Shown here: piece after piece, positions 36,532 to 47,500 of the stretch
How positions within the stretch are numbered: position 1 is the stretch's first letter
How the letters are laid out: each line of letters starts with the position of its first letter
Assembly (NCBI GenBank): GCA_963732385.1
Contig: CAVSZB010000007.1
Coordinates: forward strand, 128,001-192,000
Length of the DNA stretch: 64,000 nt
Source: an uncultured bacterium
GTDB lineage: Bacteria; Krumholzibacteriota; Krumholzibacteriia; LZORAL124-64-63
Direction: 5' to 3'
The notes under the pieces: generated by a model
Seen by the model: only the letters and a program-made list of their open reading frames with translations
Database searches by the model: none
What the model was told of the DNA's origin: nothing
Position numbers and translations under genes: made by a program

Positions 36532-37353
36532 ATGTCCAGCTTCCTGTCCCGGTCGCGGTGGTCGTGGCCGATGTTGCCGTGGCTGGCCCTGCTGGCCCTG
36601 CTGGCCCTGCCAGCGCCGCGGCAGGCTGCCGCCGCCGACCTGGTCGAACTCTCCGACCCCGAGTATCAGCAGCTTAACGAGGCCGCGGCCCGTTTCGACC
36701 ACCTCGTTCTCGTGGCGCCGGCCACCAGCGGCGTGGGGGTGTGGCTGGTCGCGGGTGACCGGTTCGGTCTCGTGCGGATCGATCACATCACCCACGGGGC
36801 GACCAGGGAGGTCTGGAAGAGCAAACAGCTCAACGGCGTGGTGGAGGAGGTCATTGCGTCCGATCTGGACGGCGACGGTCTCGAGGAGATCATCGCCCGC
36901 ACCAACTCCGGCAACCTCTATGTCTGGAGCATGCCCCGGCTCACCCCGCGTTACGAGAGCCTCGGCTCCGACTTCACGAAAATCCACGCCATGACCACCG
37001 GCAATCTCGATGACGACGAGCAGCTCGAGCTGATCATCAATGCCAACCGGCGGATCTACTACCTCGACGGCAAGAGCTTCAACCGCGAATTCACCAGCCT
37101 GACCGAGTATGAGTGCACGTGCATGCGCTGCGGCGACGTCGATGGTGACCTCACCAGCGAAATCGTGCTCAACACCGGTCAGGTGATCGATGGTCGCACG
37201 GGCGAGGTGGAGTGGTCCGACGAGGTCTTCGGCGCGCGGATCGACCTGGCCGACGTGGACGGCGACGGTATTCCGGAGGTCCTGAGCGAGAGCGACGGGG
37301 CGGTGCTGCGGATCTACGATGTCGACCTGCGCAAGGAGAAGCACCTGCAGTGA
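36532..37353 (+). CDS. Exported FG-GAP/VCBS-repeat (beta-propeller) protein
   Basis: Four DxDGDG-type blades: DLDGDGLEEI, NLDDDEQLEL, DVDGDLTSEI, DVDGDGIPEV; signal peptide. Confidence 0.82.
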   Translation: MSSFLSRSRWSWPMLPWLALLALLALPAPRQAAAADLVELSDPEYQQLNEAAARFDHLVLVAPATSGVGVWLVAGDRFGLVRIDHITHGATREVWKSKQLNGVVEEVIASDLDGDGLEEIIARTNSGNLYVWSMPRLTPRYESLGSDFTKIHAMTTGNLDDDEQLELIINANRRIYYLDGKSFNREFTSLTEYECTCMRCGDVDGDLTSEIVLNTGQVIDGRTGEVEWSDEVFGARIDLADVDGDGIPEVLSESDGAVLRIYDVDLRKEKHLQ

Positions 37354-37493
37354 ATCGTCGCGGGGCGACGGCACGTTGACGATGACGGACTTGCGTCCCT
37401 GCCAGTTCGTGCGCAGCTTGGGGCGTTGCCAGGCGATTCTCGGCGGGCGGCTGACGGGCCCCCGTGGATTCCCACAGGAGAGGGCGGCGTCTC

Positions 37494-38225
37494 ATGGAAC
37501 AGAGCAATATCAGTCTGGCCGTGGCGTTCGGGGCAGGCGTGGCGTCGTTCATTTCGCCCTGCGTTCTGCCGCTGGTGCCGGCCTATCTCAGTTATATGTC
37601 CGGCGTTTCGCTGGCTGACCTGCAGGGGGCGGAGCGGAAGGCCGGAAATCTGCGGCGGGTCCTGCTCTCCTCACTTGCCTTCGTACTCGGTTTCAGCCTC
37701 GTCTTCATCGCCCTGGGTGCTTCCGCTTCGGTGCTCGGTCAGAAGCTGCTGAGCGCGGCGCCGGTCGTGCAGCGGGTGATGGGGGTGCTGGTGATCGTGC
37801 TCGGCGTGCACATGACCGGGATCGTGCGCATCCCCTTCCTTGCCTACGAGAAGCGTTTCCAGGCGGGACAGGGGGCCGGGCTGATGACCAGCTTCGTGAT
37901 GGGGCTGGCCTTCGCTTTCGGCTGGACGCCGTGCATCGGGCCGATCCTGGCCTCGATCCTCGCGGTGGCCGCGAACGAGGGGACGATCGGCAAGGGGATC
38001 CTGCTGCTGGCGGTCTATTCGGCCGGGCTGGGCATCCCGTTTCTGCTGGCGGGGTTGTTCCTGAACGTCTTCTACGCCTTCTTCCGGAAGATCCAGAACC
38101 ATTTCCACAAGATCGAAGTGGTCAGCGGGCTGATTCTGATCGGAGTAGGTCTGCTGCTGGTCCTCGACCAGTTCGGCCGGATGTCGTACTGGTTCTCGAA
38201 ACTGGTGCCGATGAACGTCGGCTGA
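37494..38225 (+). CDS. ccdA: Cytochrome c biogenesis / disulfide-exchange membrane protein CcdA
   Basis: SFISPCVLPLVPAY and FGWTPCIGPIL redox Cys motifs; 6 TMs. Confidence 0.95.
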   Translation: MEQSNISLAVAFGAGVASFISPCVLPLVPAYLSYMSGVSLADLQGAERKAGNLRRVLLSSLAFVLGFSLVFIALGASASVLGQKLLSAAPVVQRVMGVLVIVLGVHMTGIVRIPFLAYEKRFQAGQGAGLMTSFVMGLAFAFGWTPCIGPILASILAVAANEGTIGKGILLLAVYSAGLGIPFLLAGLFLNVFYAFFRKIQNHFHKIEVVSGLILIGVGLLLVLDQFGRMSYWFSKLVPMNVG

Positions 38226-38267
38226 TCGCGCCGCGCGGCGGCGCGATCTGACCCCGAAAGGATTGCA

Positions 38268-38822
38268 GTGAGCCGTATATCACGATACCTGATCGTCACC
38301 GCGTTATTCACGGTGCTCGCCGCCGGCTGCGGCGGCGCCGGCAAGGAGACCGCGGATAAGAACCCTGCCGGCAAGACCGCCGCCGTGGCGCCGGTCGGCC
38401 CCGATTTCGTCCTGAAGGATCTCAATGGCAATGTCGTGCGCCTTGCCGACCTGCGCGGCAATGTCGTGATCGTCGATTTCTGGGCCACCTGGTGCCCGCC
38501 CTGCCGCCAGGCCCTGCCGCACCTGCAGGCGATCAGCAACGAATACGGCGGTCGCGGCGTGAAGATCGTGGCGATCGCGATGGATGATCAGGGCGAGTCG
38601 GTGGTGCGGCCGTTCGTGGCGAAGAACAACCTGACGTTCACCGTGGTGCTGCCGGACGCCCAGGTCGATCGGGCCTTCGGTGGCGTTCGTTCTCTGCCCA
38701 CGACGTTTGTCATCGGGCCGGACGGGAAGATCTTCAAGAAGCTTGTCGGCTTCGACCCCAACCGCACGCCGCAGACCCTGGTCGAGGCGATCAAGACGCT
38801 CAAGCCGGAACTGACGTCGTAG
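38268..38822 (+). CDS. TlpA/ResA-family thiol-disulfide oxidoreductase lipoprotein
   Basis: Lipobox LAAGC; DFWATWCPPC; LPTTFVI. Confidence 0.93.
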   Translation: MSRISRYLIVTALFTVLAAGCGGAGKETADKNPAGKTAAVAPVGPDFVLKDLNGNVVRLADLRGNVVIVDFWATWCPPCRQALPHLQAISNEYGGRGVKIVAIAMDDQGESVVRPFVAKNNLTFTVVLPDAQVDRAFGGVRSLPTTFVIGPDGKIFKKLVGFDPNRTPQTLVEAIKTLKPELTS

Positions 38823-38835
38823 GGCGCGGCCGGCC

Positions 38836-41800
38836 TCAGGCCGGGCCAAGCAGCTCCTCGACCCTCCACCCGGAGCGTTCTCCCGCCGTCTGCAGATTCG
38901 CCAGCAGCTTCTCCCGGCGCGCCGCTTCGGCGGCGCGCCGTGTCTTTGCCGGCGGACCATCCAGATCCAGATCGACCTCCGCCACCTCACGCAGCCAGGT
39001 CAGCAGCTCCGCGAAAGCCTCTGCATCCAGCCACAGGACCCCCTGCCAACGGTTCACGCCGAGCAACTGACGGACCGTTTCATCCCGGAACAGATCGGCG
39101 AGCACGGCGCGTGGCTCCGTGGAGGCGAACCAGGACTGGTGCGCGATCAGCGCTCGCAGCCAGCCTACGGCGCGCCACGCAGCCTCTCCGGATTCACCCC
39201 GCTCCACCAGCGCAGCGGCGACCAGACGTCCGAGCTGCCACTCGTCGAGCCGGCTGCGCGCGACCTCGGCCGCGTCCCCGGCCGCGGTCACGCGGCCCAG
39301 ATCCCTCAGCAGCGCCCAGGTCGCCAGCAGTGCGTCGCGCGAAACGTCGCGTGGTGAGCCGCCCCCGGATGTGGTGACGGCCGCGGGATTCAACGTCGCG
39401 GGCGCGCGGGTCGGCGTGGGCCCGGCCGGGACGGAAGGAGGTGCGTGCGAGGTGGACGCCGGCGTCGCCGCCGACCGCGTGGCTGAGGCGGCCCGCGCGA
39501 CGATGATCTCCAGCGTTCTGCGCGCCCGGGCGGCCACTGCGGCAGGTGTGTCCGAAGCGGCGACGGCGGCATGGTCACGGGCGCGGCCGAGGAACTCGCG
39601 CAGCAGCACTTCGATGGCGTCGAGGGCTGCCGCATCGGGGGGAGAAGGCGCGGCCTGCGCCGGTGGCAGCAGTCGCCCGAGACCTTCCATGCCGAGCAGC
39701 GCGCGCAGTGGTGCGTGCACCGGTTGCAGGCAGATCTGTTGCAGCGCCTCGGCCACGCTAGGCACGCCGCGGCCGCCGAGGAAGGCGCACAGTTCAGCGT
39801 ACGGCTGGGCGCGACTGTCGCGGACCTCGCGGAAGTCGAGAAAGACGTGGCGTGAGTACGCTTCCAGTTCGACGAAGATTCCCTGCGCGTGCAGGTCGGC
39901 GCCGGCGCGCACGAACTCCAGCTCGCCGACGTGGTCGCGGAAAATGACGAACCGCCCTGGGCCCGGGTCCAGTCCCAGACCCTCGCCGAGCGCGCGCCGC
40001 GTGAGGCTGCGGCCATCGCCTGCGCGCAGGGCCACTGGCGTCGACAGGCGGATCCAGCCGGCGGTGGAAGCGAATCGGTTGTGATAGACGACCAGCGCCC
40101 GTTCGTCGCCCTCGCGATTCGAATAGGCGAAGACATCCTCGTTGACCGCGCCGTCGGGTGCGTGGAAATCGTAGAGCAGGAAGTTCTCCACGCCCGCAAA
40201 AAGGCGGCGGCGGTGAAGCAGCGGGCAGATCTCGTGCTCGTGCCGGCGCACGAGTTCCTCGTTCGGCTGCTCGTCGCGGTAGGCGCGCCGATATTCCATG
40301 CCGTACTTCTCGGTGAAGCCTTCGACCTGTCCGTGGCCGAACATCGGGAGTCCGGGCAGCGTGGCCAGCAGCAGGCAGACGCCAAAGTACTTGTCGCCGT
40401 CGCCGAACTGGGCGATGGCCGTCTCTTCGTCGGGGTTGTTCATGAAGTTGACGAAACGCTTGAGGATTTCGGGATCGAACTCCAGCACGTTGCGCAGCGT
40501 CTGCCGGTACTTCGCGTTCTCCTCCATTTTCAGCATGTTCATGAAGGCGCTGTTGTAGACGCGGTGCATGCCCAGGGTGCGGACGAAGAACCCCTCCATC
40601 AGCCAGAACGCCTCGGCCAGAAGCAGGGTGTCGGGCGCCTCGCGCGCGACCCGCTCCACTACGTCCCGCCAGAACTCGGTCTGCATGGCGGCGTCGAACT
40701 GCTCGCGGGTCAGGCCGTGTCCGGCGCGCGACGGGATGTCGCCACCCGCTCCGGGCTGGGGGAACCAAAGTCGGTGGAAGTGACGCTTCGTGAGGGTCAT
40801 CGCCGCGTCGAAGCGGATGATCGGGAAGAGCGATGCGGTGTGCAGGATCGTGCGCGCCACCGCTTCGCGCACCGCGGGATTGAGGTAGTCGAGCTGTGCC
40901 GTGTCGTTCCATGGCATGCCGGTGCCGTCGTTGCCGTGGTAGATGTAGCTGACGGATCCGTTTTCCCGATCCACGCGCTTGAAGGTAACGGCCGCGTCGG
41001 TGCGATCGTAGTAGTGGTCCTCGAGGAAGATCTCCATCCGTCCGTCAGATGAAAGGTTCGGCCCGTTGAAGCTGTAGGCCGGGAATGGCGGCTGGTCGAG
41101 GCGAACGAACCAATCGGGGTGTTCCCGCACCCACTGTCCGTCGATGCCGACGTGATTCGGCACCATGTCGCCGGCCAGACGGATGCCCCGGCGCCATGCC
41201 CGCTCGCGCAGGTCCAGCAGGGCCGGTTCGCCGCCGAGATCGGCGGCAACGGTGTAGTCGTGCAGGGAGTAGGCGGAGGCGACCGCGTCGGGGTTGCCGC
41301 AGAGCCGTTTGATGCGCTGAGAGGCGTTGCTGCGTTCCCAGACGCCGATCAGCCAGAGTCCGGTGAAGCCCCAGCGCGCCAGCCGGTCGAGTTCGGAATC
41401 GGGAATGTCGCTCAGAAGCGTCAGCGGGCGGCCGTACCGTTTCGACAGCTGATCCAGCCACACGTGCACGCTCTTGGCAATCAGCACCAGGCGTGGCATC
41501 CAGTCGAGATCGGGGCTGTAGTGTTCGGATTCCGCGTCGGAGTCGCCTGGCGCCGTCCGGTCGAAGCGCAGCACCTCCGTAGCGGTGGGTGCCCGGCCGC
41601 CCGCGCTCCATTCGCGCCAGCGCCGCTCCTCGCGCAGCAGGTCCAGGCCGCTCAGCAGGCGCCAGAGACGGTCACCAAGCAGGTGCCCCCACCGCTCGCG
41701 GATGAACTCGAGTTGCCCGCTGAGTGAATGCGGCACGGCGCGGGCCGGCGCCTGCAGCATTTCGAGCAGGCTCTGGCTTTCGGGGCCGAAAGGGGGATGG

Positions 41801-42390
41801 TCGGCGAACCAGATCGCCAGACGTGCGAAAACATCGCAGTACGCGGTGGCCCGCTCGAGCTCGGCGTCGTCGAACAGGTCGAGCAGCGGCCCGAAAGCCG
41901 GGTTGATGTTCTGGAGCCAGAGCATCATCAGCTCTTCGAGCAGCACGAGGCGGTGGGGGACGCCATGGCTCTCGCCGGTGATCCAGGCGGCCGGCTCGAT
42001 CCGCCGCAGATAGACGTCGCGCGGGGGGAACTCGTCGACGAAGCGCGCCAGCACGCCGTCCAGAGCGTCGCGGCCGAGGTCGCGATCGAGCGCCGTGGCC
42101 GCGTCGGCCATCACACCGGGATTGACCTGTTCGCGGTAGAGCGCGATCACGTAATGCAGGATCTCCACGATCAGTCCCATGGCGTTCAGTTCGCCGGGGC
42201 TGACCGCCTGCTCGGGGACGCGGGCCAGATCGCGCCGGGCGTTCAACTGGCGGGCGAACAGCCGGGCCGCGTGGAAATTCGGGAAGATGGCATGTCCATC
42301 CTGCGAGAGGAACGCCTCCTCGATGCGGTAGCGGTCACGGGCGCGTCGCGAGACATGCAGTTCGAGCGGCACGGGGGTGCTGGCCGGCAT
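38836..42390 (-). CDS. Large GH13 alpha-amylase-family protein
   Basis: DMVPNH (region I), IRFDAAM (nucleophile), LAEAFW (acid/base), FMNNPDEE (region IV), LPGLPMFGHGQ. Confidence 0.88.
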   Translation of the reverse strand: MPASTPVPLELHVSRRARDRYRIEEAFLSQDGHAIFPNFHAARLFARQLNARRDLARVPEQAVSPGELNAMGLIVEILHYVIALYREQVNPGVMADAATALDRDLGRDALDGVLARFVDEFPPRDVYLRRIEPAAWITGESHGVPHRLVLLEELMMLWLQNINPAFGPLLDLFDDAELERATAYCDVFARLAIWFADHPPFGPESQSLLEMLQAPARAVPHSLSGQLEFIRERWGHLLGDRLWRLLSGLDLLREERRWREWSAGGRAPTATEVLRFDRTAPGDSDAESEHYSPDLDWMPRLVLIAKSVHVWLDQLSKRYGRPLTLLSDIPDSELDRLARWGFTGLWLIGVWERSNASQRIKRLCGNPDAVASAYSLHDYTVAADLGGEPALLDLRERAWRRGIRLAGDMVPNHVGIDGQWVREHPDWFVRLDQPPFPAYSFNGPNLSSDGRMEIFLEDHYYDRTDAAVTFKRVDRENGSVSYIYHGNDGTGMPWNDTAQLDYLNPAVREAVARTILHTASLFPIIRFDAAMTLTKRHFHRLWFPQPGAGGDIPSRAGHGLTREQFDAAMQTEFWRDVVERVAREAPDTLLLAEAFWLMEGFFVRTLGMHRVYNSAFMNMLKMEENAKYRQTLRNVLEFDPEILKRFVNFMNNPDEETAIAQFGDGDKYFGVCLLLATLPGLPMFGHGQVEGFTEKYGMEYRRAYRDEQPNEELVRRHEHEICPLLHRRRLFAGVENFLLYDFHAPDGAVNEDVFAYSNREGDERALVVYHNRFASTAGWIRLSTPVALRAGDGRSLTRRALGEGLGLDPGPGRFVIFRDHVGELEFVRAGADLHAQGIFVELEAYSRHVFLDFREVRDSRAQPYAELCAFLGGRGVPSVAEALQQICLQPVHAPLRALLGMEGLGRLLPPAQAAPSPPDAAALDAIEVLLREFLGRARDHAAVAASDTPAAVAARARRTLEIIVARAASATRSAATPASTSHAPPSVPAGPTPTRAPATLNPAAVTTSGGGSPRDVSRDALLATWALLRDLGRVTAAGDAAEVARSRLDEWQLGRLVAAALVERGESGEAAWRAVGWLRALIAHQSWFASTEPRAVLADLFRDETVRQLLGVNRWQGVLWLDAEAFAELLTWLREVAEVDLDLDGPPAKTRRAAEAARREKLLANLQTAGERSGWRVEELLGPA

Positions 42391-42506
42391 GGGTCCTCCT
42401 GGCGATCGGGAAAAGCCGTTCGCAGGATACGGGGCCGACCGGCAAATCACAACCGTGCAGCCCGGCCGCGCTTGCCCGCCGGCACGGCAGGGCCTAGTTT
42501 CTCGCG

Positions 42507-43712
42507 ATGGAATTGACCCCCGCCCTCCGCGCCGATTTCCGACGGGCCCTGCTGGCCACCCTCTGCTTCGGGGCGGCGGCGGGCATTTTCCAGAGTACGC
42601 TCAACAACTACCTGGCCGATGTGCACGGTTTCGGCGCCGAAAGCCGGGGCTGGCTGGAGTTTCCGCGGGAACTGCCCGGCTTTCTCATGATCTTCATCGC
42701 CGGGGCGATGCTCGTGCGGATGCGCGAGACGCAGATGGCCGCGGCGGCCATGCTGCTGACCACGCTCGGCGCGCTCGGCCTCGGTTACCTGTCGCCCGGC
42801 ACGGCGCCGCTCGTGCTCTGGATCACGATCTGGTCGCTCGGCGACCACATCATTTTTGCCGTGGAGGGGCCGATCGGTCTGAATCTCGCACGCGCCGGCG
42901 CGGAGGGGCGGCGGTTGGGGCAGCTCGGGGGCGCCCGCAATCTCGGCACGATCGTAGGCGTGGCGGCGGTCTGGCTGCTGGCGAAGCTGGGGGGCGATCG
43001 CTACGGCCTGTTCTATCTGCTGGCTGCGGCGAGCGCCCTCGCGGCCGGCTGGTTCTATCGCCAAATGCGTTGCGGCCGCGACGGTCCGCCTCCGCGGCGC
43101 TTCGTTTTCCGGCGCGCCTACGGGATATTCTACGCAGTCAGCGCTCTCTTCGGGATTCGCAAGCAGATTTTCCTCGTGTTCGGGTCGTGGGTGCTGGTGT
43201 CGCTTCACCATGTTCCGGTTTCCACCATGGCTCTTCTCTATTTCATTGCCGCCACGCTCGGCGTCGTGATGCGACCGCTGCTCGGCGACGTGATCGATTG
43301 GCTCGGCGAGCGGGTCGTGCTGGCGGCGGACGAACTGCTGCTGCTGGGGGTCTGCCTTGTCTACGCCTTTGCCTCCGACCTGCTGCCGGCGCCGTGGGAT
43401 CTGCGTCTGCTTTACGGCGCCTACGTGTTCGACATCGTGCTGTTCGCACTGCGGGTGGCGCGCACGACGTATCTCAAAAAGATCGCCGTTGATCCGGCGG
43501 ACATCACCCCCACGATCTCGCTCGGCATCACGATCGACCACGCGGTGGCGATGACACTGCCGGTCTTCTCCGGCTGGGTCTGGGCGGCGTGGGGCTATCG
43601 CTGGGTCTTCCTGATCGCCGGGGCGATCGCCCTGGCCGGCTTCTTCGTCTGCCTGCGCATCCGTGTGCCCGCGTCGGTCGGCGCGGCCCCGGCGCCGGCG
43701 ACCGGGAGATGA
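42507..43712 (+). CDS. MFS transporter
   Basis: About 12 TM helices, GDVIDWLGER motif-A-like; divergent from the GH13 gene. Confidence 0.88.
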   Translation: MELTPALRADFRRALLATLCFGAAAGIFQSTLNNYLADVHGFGAESRGWLEFPRELPGFLMIFIAGAMLVRMRETQMAAAAMLLTTLGALGLGYLSPGTAPLVLWITIWSLGDHIIFAVEGPIGLNLARAGAEGRRLGQLGGARNLGTIVGVAAVWLLAKLGGDRYGLFYLLAAASALAAGWFYRQMRCGRDGPPPRRFVFRRAYGIFYAVSALFGIRKQIFLVFGSWVLVSLHHVPVSTMALLYFIAATLGVVMRPLLGDVIDWLGERVVLAADELLLLGVCLVYAFASDLLPAPWDLRLLYGAYVFDIVLFALRVARTTYLKKIAVDPADITPTISLGITIDHAVAMTLPVFSGWVWAAWGYRWVFLIAGAIALAGFFVCLRIRVPASVGAAPAPATGR

Positions 43713-43961
43713 CCATTCCCCGCTGATCGCCAGCAGTTAGTGACGCAAGAGTTACTTCCACCGCATGTCGTCGAGCCTGCGCCTTCTGACGGCGCGTGGA
43801 CGGTCGTCGTTCAGGCCCAGCATCGCCGCTGCCCCGTACCGCTGCACCGACGGGAGTTGTGCGTATTTGTTGATACGTTCAATAGCGCGAGTGGCGCCTG
43901 TGCCTATTCGTCAGGTCCATGCAGAGGGAAGTTGACTGAGGGGCTGCAATCTGGTAACCTC

Positions 43962-44260
43962 ATAATCCTCGCTGAATTTTGTCGGTTGAGCCCACGGGGC
44001 GTTTCCGCAATACCATCCTCGCCAACCTGCTGCTGAGCCTTTCGCCAGTGCTGCGCTGCTGTCCTGCTCATGACGGTTGTGGCCTGGCATTGAGATCAGG
44101 GGGGCTTGGAGATGGATCCGTTTTCGTCCGAGCGGTTCGGCGTGGCTATGGGACTGGCGAAGCCGTGGCCGATGGTTCGGGTCGATTGTCCCCAGCCCAA
44201 GCTCTTCCTGCTGCGCTGCTGCGAATTGCATCATTCCCCACCAAATTTACAGAGGAGGCC
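43962..44260 (+). mobile_element. Internally deleted ISL3-family element remnant (MITE-like)
   Basis: Imperfect terminal IRs (TCCTCGCTGAATTTTGTCGG versus the reverse complement of CCCACCAAATTTACAGAGGA, 15/20). The ORF at 44112-44285 starts FGVAMGLAKPWPMVRVD, like ISL3 transposase N-termini. Lower GC than the flanks. Confidence 0.5.
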
Positions 44261-44560
44261 AATCTCACTTTTGTGGCTCATGTAGCTGCTCATGGGCAAA
44301 AGTTCGTGCATTGCGCGCTGTCCGTGGGCTCCACTCTCTCAGTCGTCCGCGCACTTGATATTCGGTACTGTTGCTAGGTTCCATTCGCCCACGTTCCAAC
44401 TTGAAGGAGGTAAGCTTCATTTCTCGCCCGGCCTTGCGCCGCAAAACTGCGCGGGAATGAACTCTGGCCTCCCTCGAATTGCGCCCGGCTGAGTGAGTGG
44501 CAGCCGGTGGCGTGTGCGCAACTCTGATCGCGTTGATTGGATCAACGTTTGGGGGAAAAC

Positions 44561-47500
44561 ATGAAGAGACTCACATTTACCGTGTGTCTGTCTCTGGCGC
44601 TCTTCGCCAGCCTCGCAATCGCTGACGATTCTTCTCGTGATGACAGCAGACAGACTCGGCATTACCCGGTATCCGCCATAGGTGCAAACACCTGCAGGCT
44701 TGATGGCGGGCCTGTCAGCGGCGGCAAGGCTGCGGACGATACAGTTTATATCATGGGCGGCCCGGCCCGGCTGGACGGCAAGTTCCAGACTTCAAGCAAG
44801 GCATTGGTGCCAGACGATCAGGGATGGACCGGGAGGGACCTCACGAACATGACGGCCACCTGGCACATCTCCGACTTCAATTGCGCGAACCTGGATCCCC
44901 TCGGCGCCGCCAACCTCGCCATGTGGTGCGGCGAGACATTCGCCTCGGGCTGCACTGAAGAGGATCCGGTCGAAGGCTACGGTAACAATTACCTCCTTTG
45001 GCTCGATTGGTACAGCCTGCCTGTGGCGAATAATACAACGTCCACGGATGTCACCGTGAGAGCGATCTTCAACTCCAACTCCGAGAAACGCTACGACTAC
45101 CTGATTCTCCAGGTCGAGCAGCTCGGCGTTATGCAGCAGGCAGGCAAGACGGCCGCCTGGGACGGCGTGAATATCGCCAAGGAAGTGGAAGTGACATTCG
45201 CGGTCGAACCGGGCAGCTACGTCGGGGACAACTTCGACCAGGTGCATCTGCGCTGGCTCGGGTATTCCGACGTCGCCTGGTCCGACGACGACTGCTATTG
45301 GCCCAGCAATGGCCTCGCGCAGCTCGACAACATCGAGGTGCTCTTCGGCAAACTGCACGCTGAGGTGCGGCAGACTTATGATACTTTCCAGCCCGGCGAT
45401 CCGGTGAACTGGGTCAACGTCAAGGCGCCGTATGTCGGCGATTTCCACAAGGTGTGGCCGTTGCTGGGTGACGGCGACATGTGCAGCACCAATTACACGC
45501 CGCAAATGGCGTTCATCGACGATGGCATTGTGGTCCCCGGGACGGGTGGCACTCAATGCACGACCTGGAACTACGGCCCCGGTGGCTGGGGCGTGACGAC
45601 AACCGGTGGTCTCGCCGGCTCTGACTACGCGATCTTCAACGACGTCTGGTCCCTTCCTATGGATTGGCCTGGGGGCGCTACCGGGGGCTACGACGGCTGC
45701 TATTACCTGTGGGACATTTACAACCACCTTCCGATGGACAACGGGCTCACCTACAAGTGGAGCATCCGCACCTCCAGGGACGGCGGCCTTACCTGGCCCA
45801 GCGGCTGGAAGGATTTCAATACCTACTGGTACGGCGGCATTCTGGGTGAGTACTACGTGCACGGAGAGTCGGTGACCTCCCTGCTGAACGCCGGCCGCAA
45901 CAAGGTCCAGATCGCGCTGGGCGTGGCTGAGCCGTGGATCGAGGATTACACCAACAACGACAACACGCCGTCACCGTACTTCGACAACGTGAGGCTGCTC
46001 GCCTTCCCCTTCACGGGGCCCGCGCTGGCCTATAATGGTGATTGGAACATGTTCAACGACGGCTGGCCGGAAAACCCCGAAATCGACTATACGGATCTGG
46101 CCCAGAACTGGGTGCGCGTGGATATCGCCGGGAACACCGACGATGTGCTCAATACTCCGGGCGACTCTGTCGCCGTGACAGTCAAGGCGGTCCGCAACGG
46201 CGCCGTGCTTACCGGTCCGCCCACCATGCACGTCAAGATGAAGATGAATCCCCTGTTCGACGCCGTCCGCACGGCCATTCCGTCTGGATTTACCCAGGAC
46301 GGTCCTTATCTCTACGGTACCGTGGTCGGCGACACGGTCTGGAACTCGGCTGTTCCTCCGGTCCGCGTGCCGAATCTCTTTCAGTTCGACCTGCCCGACA
46401 CCGGGTTCTTCTTCCCCGGCGACAGTTTCCATTACTACTTCAGAGCCGAGGACACCGTGGGCGGGGTTGTCGGTGTCTCGCAAATGCCCAGGGATACCAC
46501 CGGATTCTCCTATTTCCCGGGCGACCTGCACTACGACTCGTACCGCTATTATGAACTCTGGAAGATTGACGCTCTGCCGACCATGTCGATAACGATATCA
46601 CCGGACAAGGGTGATACGACCTTTGTGCAGCCCAAAGTGCTGTTCTGGGACGATTCCCAGGATCGTGGCAACCAGAATGAATGGTTCGCTGCCCTGGACA
46701 ATCTCGGCTTCCGTCAGGGCATCGACTATGACATTTACTGCAATGCCGGCCCGTCTTCTGCCCTGGGCAACGGCCTCGGCGGCCGGACGAACGCACTTAA
46801 AATGTCCGGTTACAACACGCTGCTTTACACTTCAGGAAGCCTGGATGCGTATACGATATCCAGCAGCACAAAAGGCGATGTCGGCAATGATATCTTCGTG
46901 CTGGATTCCTGGCTGACGCAGGGCGACAAGAACTTTTTCGCCACTGGCGATAACATCATCCAGGATATGTCACGCTCCGGCGTCAACGCGGTCTTGTTCA
47001 GAGACAAGTGGTTCAAGGTCGCCTACAACGGCTTCAACGTCACACCGCTCATTGGTGGCCAGATGTCGCCGCACGTGAGCCCAATCACCGTGCCGGACGC
47101 GCCGGTGCTGACCAAGCCTTACATTACGCAGGGTGGCTGTGCAAACTACATCTGTGACTTCGACGCCGTCACCGCGGTTGCTCCGGCGGTCCGGATTGCC
47201 CAGTTCACCAGCCCGACCGGCGCCCTCGGGGTCTACCCGTACGCTGCGGCGGTCTACAACAACGTCACAGACAACACGGCTCGCGTCGTTTTCATGCCCT
47301 ACGACCTGAGCGCTATCTGGGATGGCGCCCCGACCGGCGGGATCGCGGTCCGTTCCCAAATCCTGATGGACGTGATGTCCTTCTTCGGCCATTATCCTGG
47401 CGGGACTGCAGTCGGCGTGACGCCCGAGGCAGTGTTCACGGCCAGGAACTTCCCGAACCCGTTCAATCCGAGCACGAAGATCGAGTTCACCCTGCCGGCC

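Noticed and set aside
43740..44492. ORF-track calls in the MFS to large-protein gap (43740-44036, 43911-44234, 43979-44377, 44077-44358)
   Set aside because: No recognisable motifs or coding bias; better explained as non-coding DNA plus an IS remnant.
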